NCBI GenBank assembly: GCA_951804945.1 | Contig: OX638154.1 | Location: 39,990,001 to 40,054,000 of the forward strand | Length of the DNA stretch: 64,000 bases | Origin: Podarcis cretensis | Lineage: Eukaryota | Reading direction: 5' to 3' | In this document: one piece after another, positions 26,282-38,074 of the stretch | Numbering within the stretch: position 1 is the first letter of the stretch | Layout of the letters: each line of letters opens with the position of its first letter | Notes under the pieces: model-generated | The model's input: only the letters and a program-made list of their open reading frames with translations | Database searches by the model: none | Told to the model about the DNA's origin: nothing | Translations under genes and position numbers: made by a program

Positions 26282-27808
26282 AGGGGGAAGAGTAGGTGTG
26301 AAGACTTCCGTCCTGCTCCCACACCAAGAGATTTCCCAGGAAGTTATGGGTATTCAAGACTGGATAATTATCAATTAGGAAAAACTTCTGAGCAACTATT
26401 AATTATAATAATATTAGTAAGATTTCCAGCTATTACGTTTAATTTAGATCCTTAACCACAGGGAGTCTGGCTGCATCAGCAGTTTCCACTTGGATGCCTC
26501 TGCAACACTTTTACAAAAAAAAAAAAACTCCAAACAAACAAGAAAATAAATTTAGCATTTCAAAGGAACCGTATAATGGCTTGCAGTCCAGCAGGAACCA
26601 TTTAAAAATGCATTGTGTTCATAGGTTCACAACAATCATTCAATGGTATTTCATAGATCTCTGACGATATTATGGAATGTATTCATTCCAATGCTGTGCT
26701 AAGAACAGAAAGAGAAATCTTTATCCCATGAAAGTCAACAGTAAAGATACTATTGAGATCAGCCATTGTGCATGCTTGTGCATTGTAGTCTTGTTTGCGT
26801 GTGCATCAAGATTCTCTTGCTGCAATTTACCAGTTATGATACAGGGGAAAACACAGCTCTCCAGAACAATCTCTGAAATTCTGAGCTAGCTTCATCTGGC
26901 ATGGGAAGGATCCCCCAATTTACGTTTTTATCTTTGATGATAACTTGTCTTACAATTTCCTATGGAGATGAATTGCCCCGAGCAAATGATTCACACTTGA
27001 GCTATTGTCAAACAGTGCTGTGAACGGCTATTTATTCCATGTTTCCTGGTCATTCAACCAAACTCAGCTAGTTTAGGCTGTGTGCTGTCCTGTCAGCTGT
27101 GAAACCTGTTACTGTGAAACAGTTATCTTCTGGGAGAAAAATCAGCACTGAAGGTCAGGGGATTAGTCATGTCGATGGGCATGGAGAGTCATGAATGGAC
27201 AATACTAACAGGGCTTTCTGTAGAACTTCCTAGCAAAAAAAGGGAAAGCCAAACACCAGTCTAGATGTGATAAAAGAGCTTTCTTGTGGTTCTGCTGTTA
27301 TCAATAACAATACATTTCACCAAATCACTCCCATGCTTCTTTATAAAGGCAGGACTATCCCAAGAAATACTGCTGCCTGAAGCAAAAGACAGGTGGTGTC
27401 GCCCATCCTTTATATAGGACTTGTTCAAATTGGCAATCTTATTTCAACTTTAGTGATAGGACAGTGTCCTCCCCATAGCAGAAGTCTAGCTTAGGGGCTC
27501 ATGTGGCCCACACAACTCTATCCTCCAACACATTTCTGCTGTTACACACTCCCCTCTCCCTCAGCATTTGCTGTCTGAGGCAGCTGCATCCCTCTATGCA
27601 TTGCTAATGGTATTGGCAACATAAGGATTGGTGTCAACAGGTTTTAAAAGTTCCTGCTTTAAAGGTACAAATTTCCCTGCTATTGGTCCTTCCACAGAAG
27701 CTAACACCAGTTGTAGAGAGTTATGCAAAACTGCAAGCAATATTCTATTACATTTTGGGTTTTTGCACAGCACTACTCAGAATTTGTCATTGGATATGTT
27801 ATTCTGTA

Positions 27809-28172
27809 GGGGACGCAGGTGGCGCTGTGGGTTAAAGCCTCAGCGCCTAGGACTTGCCGATCGAAAGGTCGGCGGTTCGAATCCCTGCGGCGGGGTGCGC
27901 TCCCACTGCTCGGTCCCAGCGCCTGCCAACCTAGCAGTTCGAAAGCACCTCCAGGTGCAAGTAGATAAATAGGGACCGCTTACCAGCGGGAAGGTAAACG
28001 GCGTTTCCGTGTGCGGCTCTGGCTCGCCAGAGCAGCGATGTCACGCTGGCCACGTGACCCAGAAGTGTCTCCGGACAGCGCTGGCCCCTGGCCTCTTAAG
28101 TGAGATGGGCGCACAACCCCAGAGTCTGTCAAGACTGGCCCGTACGGGCAGGGGTACCTTTACCTTTACCTT
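27809..28172 (+). mobile_element. Sauria SINE, full-length young copy
   Basis: GGGACGC head, B-box GGTTCGAATCC and (ACCTTT)3 tail. 13-bp TSD tatgttattctgt at 27795-27807 and 28173-28185. Confidence 0.95.
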
Positions 28173-29467
28173 TATGTTATTCTGTGCATGCACTATGAGC
28201 CTTGAATGTCTGGGCTGCTTTTAGTTGTTACTGTACAATGGAAGGAAGAAGAGTGTTGCTCTTGCTGTTGTGCAAGGCAGCGTAAGGCTGCAATCCTGTA
28301 CACACTTACGTTCAAAGTAATTGGCCCGCAGTTAAGGCAAAGGGACTGAATTATGAGTTTGGCTCCACCTACTGTACTTTGTCTTAAAAGAAGGGAGGTC
28401 ATGCCATTTCGATCAGTTGAATCTCTAGTGTCCAGACTCGGGGGGGAAATAAAATACCAGATCATGACAAAAGAAAAACCAACCTTGTCTGCCCAGCTCC
28501 CCAAATTTGATTCTAATGAATCTATCCCCAGAAGAATACTACTTAATTAATTAGTAGCTCATTTGCATGGAGGTGGCACATTATTAAAGTTCCTCTCCTG
28601 CGAGCAGGGATATGACAAGGTGCAGGATGACAGCTTTTCAAATAAAAAATCTTTCAAACGAAATGATCTTCCTGAACTGCTGGTTTTGTTCTCAACAAGT
28701 ATTCTCGGGCAGAAATAAATTAAAGATGCTATGGCAGCTGATTACTCTTGGTGTAGAGCATGTCCTTACCTTTCCCCTTTGTGTCTGTGACTCCTGCTGC
28801 AAGTCTTATCTGGAGGCACCTTTTTCAGGACTAGCTAGTCCAGCCCACCCAAATTGGTGGCCAGGAATACCACTCTCTGCTTACTCCTAACACCTTTTGA
28901 ACATTTCATGGGCTCCAAAAATGGCAGGTAACCCTCCCAGTCACTCTTGTCCCCCAAACCCATGGGACCTTGGGTGGCCCTGGCTGCTGGAGCCTGCTTA
29001 AGGGCTACACCCAATATAGGGAAGGGTCCTCACCCCACAAGACCATATCGGGACACTCAAGGAACAAAATCATTGGAGGGTTTTATCTCACCCAATTCAG
29101 CAGGAGCCAGCCGATTTTCCGGCAGGCACATGCAAGCCTTGAGCTTTTCCTGTGTGTCCTCACATACCTCCAATGCCTCCTGCTGCATCCTTTTCTGACA
29201 CCTCCACAGGCACCTGTTCAGCAGGCATCAGCTGCTCTTCTTGCATGCTCTCACACACCTCAAATTCCTCCTGCTCCCCCATTTTCCACAGCGGACTCCC
29301 AGGGACTAAAGAAATCTGTTAACTGTGGCTCCCCATTTGCCAGATACTGGTTCACTTTTATCAAACTGCTGGTTCTGCTGCTCCATCCATCACTGCTGCT
29401 ATTGAGCATCTGCCCAAACCACTGGCTCTGCCATTGCTCCATTCTCCCAAGCTGCTCAATGAGAATT

Positions 29468-30130
29468 TGTCATGAACTGGCAGGATGACAGGGAGGAGAG
29501 AGAGGAGGAGGAGGAGGAGGATCCCGGCAAGGAGTGTAGCTGGGACTGGGATACACCCAGGGATGGGGAAGGAAGTACTCACAGGGTGATGAAGGGTGGT
29601 GAGGGGACTGGGGTCAGTGCACTGGAACCAGAGCAGCAGGACCCATTAGCAGAGCCAGAGGGGCCCCTGTCTCCATGAACACGGTGGGTTCTGAGGCACA
29701 GGGAGCAGAGGGAGGGGTACTATAGGAGGCTGAGGCAGGCAAAGGCCCACAGCCCAGCTCCCTAGCTAGCTAGGTGGGGCTCACTAGTTCTGGGAGAAGG
29801 GGTGTGATTCCACAGCTGGAGTAGGCTTGGAGCAGGTGTGGCTCACCTGCCTCATCAAGCCCAGATGCTGCAATCAGCATGCAAAGTACACAAAGCAAGC
29901 AGAGCCGAGGTGCTGGGCCTGCTCAACAGCCCTTGCTGGCTTGGCTTGGATTCTCCTGGACCTCCACAGGACTGTATTCTGACTGCTGGACTTCAGACTT
30001 GGGTTACTTAGATTGGCCCTAGACTCATTTCCTTTGGATTTTGGACTTTGCTTGTGTGGATCGACCCCTGGACTTTAAACTTTGGACTTGGCTACTGCCT
30101 TGCTGCCAGGTAGGCCAGAGCTTCAAGACA
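29468..30130 (+). mobile_element. LTR-like element (TG...CA) with an acidic leader ORF
   Basis: Begins TGTCATGAACTGGCAGG and ends ...AAGACA. Purine-rich 5' half and ggact-repeat-rich 3' half. Related to 49960-50492. No clean TSD seen. Confidence 0.55.
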
Positions 30131-30251
30131 GTGTTGTTTCCCACCCCCCTCCATTTTGACTCAGGCACACCTCACTCACAGGCCCTCCTTCTGGAAACAT
30201 AGATCCGACTTATGACCCTAGTGTCACATGTCACCCCAATCTCCAGGGCAG

Positions 30252-30877
30252 TGTAAGATCCCAGGGTTTCCTGGTGCTTACCCATGGACTTTGTTTCCTT
30301 TTAGAAATGAGTCACAGCAGAAACTGTAGCGTCTTTATGATATATGGTTTATTTACACATATATACAACCTCAGTCTACTATGAAGTGATTCACAACATC
30401 GGTACCCAGAGATGGTATTGTTTCTCCCATAGCTATGGATTCAAACAGAAACCAGCTGTGACTCTGCCTTTCCCGCCTGCAGCTTTTCTTCAGCTTCTGG
30501 TTAGCATTGCATTCTTCCCCCTACTTCTCTAACCCTTGGCTTTATCTGTAGAGTGAAAGGGAACCCACCTCTTTGCCATCTCACATAGTTCCTTTGATCT
30601 TCTGTTGCTCTTAATGATTGCTCTGTTGCTCTTAATAATTCCTCTGGCTATCACCTCACACAGGAGGCTAGTCTGGTTTAATTAGCTTTTAACAGATGCT
30701 GATTCCAGAGCATTTACAAGTGTCTAGTACACAGCCTAATACACAGGGTCTAGCTGTCACCTCATACAGGAGACTAGCCTAACTTAGTTAGCTTTTGACA
30801 CTCAACACCTTCATTAAATTATAGCAACTACTGGACCCAGGGCTTTAAGTTGTCTAGCACCCACAAACTCATAAAAT

Positions 30878-30921
<44 letters not shown>

Positions 30922-31013
30922 CTATAAAAAACACAGCATATATAAAAGCAGTCCATTTAACAATAAAAGTATCATGAATTGAGGGTGAGGGTGAGCCCTT
31001 GCAGGGATAACGC
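30252..31013 (-). mobile_element. Probable decayed LTR-like repeat with an internal ~107-bp-period duplication
   Basis: Starts tgtaag and has a minus-strand AATAAA near 30348-30353. The motif tcacctcaYacaggagRctag...ttagctttt is repeated at ~30650 and ~30757. Boundaries are uncertain. Confidence 0.3.
30877..30922 (+). repeat. (AAC)n microsatellite
   Basis: Direct reading. Confidence 0.95.
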
Positions 31014-32124
31014 AAGGCAAAGTATAAGATCCAGAGGGTGGGCCAGCATGTCAGATCTAAGCCTTGTTTGCCTGGATGGAGGAAAGGGAGGGGTGTCTGA
31101 GTGTGTGTAGAAACAAATGTAGTGTACAAAGGTTGGCTCAGTCCATTTGTGCCTCTGGCTTCACCCACCACTGGCACGCGACCCTGGAAAGCTGCCTAGA
31201 GGAAAATGTGGCGCTCGGGCTGAAAACGGTTCCTTACCCCCTTCCTTATAGATTGCATTGGACTAGACATTTAATGGTGGCGAGGAATCCTCTTTGTTTC
31301 TGAAGTTCTTATCTCTGCCACAAGGCAGAAACCATGGGAATGGCACCAGTCAGTAAAGCATTCGTAAAATATTTAACGAGACAAATTCTTCCCTTTTTCG
31401 TTGCTTCAATTATGTAGAGCTTGAAGCGAATAGCTTGAATATTACATTTTGCTCTAGAAATATTGACTGAAAGGCAAAGTTAGTTCCACAGCTGGTTGTA
31501 TATTTGCAGCTGTGAGAGGATACATTCATTGCTTCCTTTTGTGCTCAAAATCTCTCTGATGTGGACTTTACCTCTAACTTCCTTACTGAGCCTGCACTGC
31601 TCTTGCAGCCATGCACAGCAGCCTTATGACCTCCCATGCATAAATTTTCCATTTCCACTACAGTGCATGAGACAGATCTAGATTAATTTCTTGCTCTAGG
31701 ATCAACTGTTTTGCATTGATATTTATTTATTACAGTTGTGCCCTCTCCTCCACAGAGCTCAGAGAGGTATGTTATCCTATTTTATCCTTGTATTGATAGC
31801 ATGGTGCAGGTTAGGCAGAGGCACTAAGCTTCATGGCAGAGTTGAAATTTAGCACTTTAATCACTGTGCCATATCATTACTATTATAATACTGTCAGTGA
31901 TAATACTTTATATGCCACTTAATTGCCAAGATGGCGCCTAAGCAGTTTACAAGTGTAAAGACAGTGACATAAAACACTCGTAATTAAAATAACAGAAAAG
32001 CAATTTCATCAAACCATTCAACATCTACAATTAGAATGTACAATGCCACAATCCCATTAAAACAGCACAGCAGTTAAAACAGCAATGGAAACAGGAAGTT
32101 TAAGTTGAGATCAGGAGAAGGGTT

Positions 32125-32508
32125 GGGCTCATCCACACCTCCACTTATCCCAGGGGTTGTCAACCTGGTCCCTACCGCCCACTAGTGGGCATTTCAGGAT
32201 TCTAGGCGGGCGGTAGGGGGTTTTACAGCACAAGCTGAATCCTCCTTCCATCGAGCAATGGTGGGCAGTAAGGAAATTTTACCATCAAGGAAGATGCATT
32301 AGTGGGCGGTAGGTATAAAAAGGTTGACTACCCCTGACTTATCCCATGCTATATAGGCATGGTCTGAATGGTTTTTTGTTTACCCCACCAACGATCAGAA
32401 CAAATTTCAATCCACAGAAAACCCAATTGACATTTGTTCTGATTCAGAAGCAAACAGCGGGCTTCCCCAGAGGAAACCAGTGGGAGAAGCAGAAGTGTAG
32501 GCAAGCCC
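32125..32508. mobile_element. Harbinger-like MITE (homologue of 16311-16532) hosting a hAT insertion
   Basis: gggctcatccacacctcc ... agaagtgtaggcaagccc; the internal caatccacagaaaaccc motif is shared with the 16.3-kb copy. Confidence 0.6.
32151..32336. mobile_element. hAT (Charlie-like) MITE
   Basis: TIRs CAGGGGTTGTCAACCT ... AGGTTGACTACCCCTG, with a perfect 8-bp TSD acttatcc at 32143-32150 and 32337-32344. Confidence 0.9.
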
Positions 32509-34135
32509 TTGACCACACAGGTGTGTCTTCAAGCACCAGTGGAACGCCAGTAACAATGGGGCCTCACCTGTTTCAGCAGGGAGAGCATTCCACAACACTG
32601 GTGCCACCAGTGAAAAACCCAGCTCTGGTGTACCACAAGCTGGTAATCATTAGGCACATTAGTATTTTTCTTTTTCTTTTTTTTGAAGAGAACCTTTTTC
32701 ATTATGAAAGGACACTATCTGGGATGCAGAGGTTGGTAGAAATAAGCATTCTGTTTTGCTTGTCTCTTTGAGTCCCTTTAGACAGCACTTTTGTAGGGAC
32801 ACTGATGTGCAGCATATGCACATCTGATCCCTCACACAGCTGTGACTACATTCCATACTGGGGCTCTGTGTACTGCGATCACAAGGCAGTTTACAATATA
32901 AAAACACAAAAATACATCTCATAGTAACAAACAAAAACAAAAAAATAGATTAAAAGGCCATAGATTGTTTAATCCACTGCTTTTCAGCTAGGATACTTTC
33001 AAAGGAATTCACAATAAAAAAAAAGTCTATGTAACACACACACACAAAAGACCATAAAAGACTATTTTTAAAGTGCCGACTTTGTTTTGTTCCTATACTT
33101 GTGGGTTATTTCACTGACATGCCAAATTAACAATATTGGAAGCTGTCCCACTGTGTTGGATATGTATTCATCTCATTTTGTAACTAGATTATTAACTCTG
33201 AAAAATTGCCAGCAATCTCAGCATCTTTACAGTAAGGAGAGAGAGAAAAAGGGAAAAACTAATCTAAAACCTCTTTACTCACTGAGGAGTCTAGAGCTGG
33301 TGATCAGTAGACCCTATGGTAATCCACTTGCATATGCATTCTGTTGATTTTGCAGCAGTCCTGGATTAAGAAATCTGCCCACTGAGCTTCAGCAATTCAT
33401 AAGCAGCTCCACCACAGTAAACATGCAAACCCCATCCCTTTGGGGCAGCAAGCTGCTTGTTATGCAAAGTATTGTGTGCCCTGACAATTTCCTGTAACAA
33501 ACGGTACATAATAATTTTCTCTAATGAACCGCAGAGTAACAGCCTAGCAGCATATGAAGCAAAATGTACATTTGTGTGTACAGGCACTTGCATGCATGTG
33601 TTTATTGGGTGGAATGAAAAGACATTTTTTGGACTGACTCAGTTTCAGTTTCCAGCTTCTGTTTAGTGAAAATGTTTTCATACCCAAAGTAAGGAGCTCT
33701 GCATACGCTGGATCCATCTCCAAGTTTTAGTCCCTTCCCAGAGCTGCAACTGTTCAGGCTCTCTGGTGCCAAAAGGGAACCATGGGCTCTTGCTAGAATA
33801 AAAGCTGTATGTGGCATCTGCCTGTCTGTGTGCCCATGTCTGGACTCAGGAGGGGTCACTTTGTCTCAATCTTTGCCCACACCAAAGTGCCCTTGAAAGG
33901 ATTTGGCCAGAGCAATTGGAAGAGGCTTAAAGCAATCCATGCCCTTTCAGTTTTTATGGAACATGGTGCACTGATCTATTTTCCTAAGACAGAACGAAAG
34001 GAATGTTGTGTCCTTGTTTTACAAAAGGAGAGAAATGAGAGAATTATTGGACTGCCACATGTACCATTTTTGTGCCACAAATTCTCAGCACACAAAGATT
34101 GGGATACTTAGAATTTCAAGTATTCAGTCATTGTT

Positions 34136-34139
<4 letters not shown>

Positions 34140-34173
<34 letters not shown>

Positions 34174-34177
34174 ACAC
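34140..34177 (+). repeat. (CA)n microsatellite
   Basis: Direct reading. Confidence 0.95.
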
Positions 34178-35822
34178 GTCCTATGCCAACAGGTTTCTTG
34201 TGTCTGAAAATGCACACATGTAATCATGGTTCTGCCAGTAACATATAAGTTTCCGCAACCTCGTTCCCTCCAGATGTTTGAACTACAATTTTGATTGGCC
34301 CCAGTGAAAATGGCCAGTAGTCAAGGATGGTGGGATTTATAGTCCCAAATACCCAAAATACTTTTTTTATGAACAGCCCCAAATCACAAAAGTATTATTA
34401 GGAAGACTCCAAAAGGTATAGTTTTACCAGCCCTGTTTAGAGTTTTTCTAACAGTCCAGCATCTCTGCCAGTGCTCTTTATCTAGTTAGAAGCAAATTGG
34501 TTATATCGGATTTTGTATACCATGCCGATACTCTGAAATCTCAAGGAGACTGACCTGCAATACAGGTGACAGTGAAATCCGGATTATCACTTTAATTTGT
34601 AATTTGCCAAACAAAACTCACACTAATTTCACCGGCATTTATATGGGAAGTAAGAACATCACACAGTAAATTGAACCTCAGAGCCAATTTAAATTTCACA
34701 CATTCACAGCCTCTGTGAAGAGACTGTTCTACCCCCCAGTATAAATATTATTATTTATACAGGTTTCTGTCCTAAGGGACTTGCAGTCTAAAATCCGATA
34801 CAGGGCCTCAGCACATGGGTTTGCAGCCATTGTACCAAGAACGTCTGCAGTGCCTCTGAATGTTTCTGGAGGAGGCAACATGGAGGTGTGTGTGTTTATT
34901 TATTTAAATATGTATCAGCAGATAAGACTCAAAGTACAGCAACATGAAAAAAAACCTACATCTCATGCAAATTCACAAAGCACCAATAAAACGAACATAC
35001 ACATACACAGAGTAACAATCACTGCAGGAAGCCATGACAGCTCTCGCATGGAGCATCACATATAGTCACAGTTTAGCCCAGGTTACACTAGGCTCATGTA
35101 TTCTCACCATGCCACTTTTGTCTTGCAGATTGGTCCTGGTTTACCTACTCTTGTAACAAAGCATGTCTATGTTTGAGCAAAGAGCTGAGTCTAGATAGCA
35201 AATGATCATCATAATACTTTATTTAAAAGTGTGTGTTTGTGTGTGCACTGTTTTTTTTCCTGGCAGAACACTCCAGAATAGGGTACTGGCACCTTTGTTC
35301 AGGATGCCACTGCTGCCTGCTAGGCAGAGGTGGGTACCTATTTTGCCCAATGCTAGGGGCACACACACACACACACAGTGTGTGTGTGTCTTGGAGATGG
35401 AAGGCAGGAGTGGCAGGGTTATCCCTGCACACTCAGACCATCAGTGGTGGGTGACATCTTCATCTCATGCTGGGACTAGATGAAGGGTGGGGACAGTGGG
35501 CGGGAGGGGTGGCAGGGTTATCCCCACATGCTCAGGCCTGGTGGGTACCTCCTTTGCCCTATGATTGGTCTTCTCTCTGTGTGTGATTGAGAGAGCTGTG
35601 CTTTGTGTGAGAGCAGAAGAGATATATTTGTGGTGTGTGTGTGTGTGATGGAAGTGGGGAAAGAGCTCTAGATATTGTCTATGTGCATGTAAGAGAACAA
35701 GAGGCATGTATGTGAGGTCTGTGGTGGGGAGGTGAAGTTGGACAAAGGAGATATCTGTGTGCAATGTGGGGCGGGGGAGTTGCATGTGCATCTGTAGTCT
35801 ATGTGTACGATGAGTACATGTA

Positions 35823-35826
<4 letters not shown>

Positions 35827-35859
<33 letters not shown>
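35827..35859 (+). repeat. (GT)n microsatellite
   Basis: Direct reading. Confidence 0.95.
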
Positions 35860-35860
<1 letters not shown>

Positions 35861-37437
35861 AAGTGAGAGTGTGGCTAGCCACAAGCCGCTCTGAGCCCGG
35901 CCTTGGCTGGGGAGGGCAGGGTATAAATAAAAAAATATTATTATTATTAGCCAACTTGTATATTTACCCTGGCACCAGGGAATGCTCCCTGTTATTAGGC
36001 AGCAACAGCATCATTGTACGTGCAGAGCAAATCAATATTGTGTGATTGCCACAACCAGGACCAACAGGATACAGCAGTGACTTCCTATGGTACACATGGG
36101 GATGAGGCAGGGGCAAACATCAATGACTCTCCTCTTTCTGATTTTGTGCAATGCCACACATCCTATAGTAGCCATTTTGTGACTGGTGCCCTTGGCATCA
36201 GTCTTAATTTTTAGTTCTTGATAAATCAAACTAGTAAAATCTAGTAAAAATAAAACATTTGGCTTTGTGCATGTTTTATTTTTATTATCAACTCTTAAAA
36301 GCTCACCACAAGTTCAGTAGAAAAGTGGGGAGGGACACAGGAGGAGGGGAGAGGTGGGAGAGGCATTTTACAATTTGTCAAAACATGAATACTAGCACCT
36401 TGTTTATTTATTTTTAACAATAACAACAAGCACTGTACATACAGCATAAGAAAGCTGTCGCCAACCATTTCCAGTACAGTACAGCATTAGCAGGCAAGGC
36501 AGCTGCATGGAGAGATAGTTTAAAGTTTTCTGCCCTCCCTTACAATTATCTTGGCATTTAGGGTCAGACTATGAGCCTTCCTCTAGGGAGCTTCAGGCTG
36601 CTGAGTCGAGACTTTGAACATTTAGTTAACATTTTCATCAATAGGGCTTGGGAAGCCTGGGTGTGAGTGTATGTGTGTCAGAGAGAGAAAAAGAAATACA
36701 CAGCCAAACATTTTGACACGAGTGTTGAACTTACAAAAGACTTGAATCTATAAATAATTTGGGTCATAAAGCCTTATGAAAATAAACCCTGTGGCTCTTT
36801 TTCTTTTTCTTCTCAGCATTGAATGTGGTGCTGCACTCCCAATTCTGCCTCATTAGTTCACTCTCCAGCTTTTCAGATCTAAGTCCCAGCTCTCCTCCTT
36901 TCACATTCTCTATGGCTTGAAGCTCCTCTAGTGATTCACAGAACATGCATGTGTTTTTTTTCACACAGACATGAACACAGGAGCCATCTCTTCGCCCCTC
37001 CAATAAAATATTTGCGGGGGATGGGCCCACCAAAGTGGAGGGCATTGCTATTCAAATGGTGTGCATGCACCATGTCATGTGATCAGTAATGCAGGGTGGG
37101 GCTTACATGCCCCTCCCCCACAGGGAGGGTGGTCAGATGATGAAGCTAAAGATGTGGCATCAGTGTGAGATGGGCAGCAGAAGCAGCAGGGCAGGACAGT
37201 TGCTGGGGGCCCGCCTTGGCCTGTCCCGGCTGTTCCTCTGCAACTTGCCTGGTCCACCTGCCACCATACTGCTTCGCCATTCACTTGCCTTCCTGCTGGG
37301 ACACCTGGGTGCTGCTCTGTTGTCGTATTGCAGGAGGCATGGCTGCCAATTGGCAGCCGTGCAAACTGCAGTTTGATGATCATTATAGACTATAGACTAT
37401 ACTAAACAGTTAAGGCAAGCTTCCTCACTTTGTAGGC

Positions 37438-38074
37438 CAGAGCCTGCCAAGACATTTTGGCACCTGACATGAACCACAGCATGGTGGCGGTGTCCCTGTT
37501 ATGTACTGAAGTTCTCACCCTGGGCCAGCAGGGGGATACTGTAGATAGTTATGCAAATGAAGGATCAAAAGTGACATTCAGTGATTGGATAGTTTGTATG
37601 CAAATGAAGGATCAAAAGTGACATTCAGTGATTGGATAGTTTTAGAAAGTTGCAACAGTTACGCTGTTCTGGAGCTCTATATAAGCAGGCTGACTGAGCT
37701 CTTCAGTTCAGTTCTATTCTGGCCTCTGAATAAACAAGAGCTGTTGAAGAATCGCTGTGTCGTCTGATATGTTCGCCCACAACTTAACAGTCCCCCTGCC
37801 CCCGCCAAGGAGGAAGGGTGAGTGAAGATCTACATCTGGAACAAGGAGGGTAGGAGACCAGGAGCACCTTCTATTCACCAAAAGGTTGCTGTAGAGGAGG
37901 GAGAGGGAGGACTGCTAATCCAACCTCCAAGGAGTGTGCCGCAGCTGTTACTGCCACCATGGCCACTGCCATAGCAATGGGGGATGCATTTCTTGGAGGC
38001 TGGATCTGCTGCCCCTGTGCATCCTGCCACCTGAGGCAGTTGCTTCACCTTGCCTCATGGGTAGGCCAGCCTTG
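37438..38074. mobile_element. Old hAT-like non-autonomous element (host of the solo LTR); related pieces near 19697-19790 and 27350-27615
   Basis: Ends cagagcctgccaagacattttggcacctga ... ctgccacctgaggcagttgcttcaccttgcctcatgggtaggccagccttg. Confidence 0.5.
37497..37789 (+). mobile_element. Intact solo LTR (293 bp; Copia-like termini)
   Basis: TGTTA...TAACA inverted termini and a perfect 5-bp TSD GTCCC (37492-37496, 37790-37794). TATATAA at 37678-37684 and AATAAA at 37729-37734. Confidence 0.9.

Larger units (their letters stand above)
31900..32630 (-). mobile_element. L2 LINE 3' end interrupted by nested MITEs
   Basis: 32510-32625 on the minus strand encodes VAPVLWNALPAETGEAPLLLAFHWCLKTHL. 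The matching tail (ttgtaaactgcttagg...tggcatataaag) lies at ~31905-31955. Confidence 0.65.

Noticed and set aside
28970-29488. Longest ORF in the track (172 aa)
   Set aside because: No recognisable domain or splice signals, and it lies in LTR-like repeat debris.
35465-36045. His/Thr- and Val/Cys-rich ORFs
   Set aside because: These are artefacts of (GT)n/(CA)n microsatellites.
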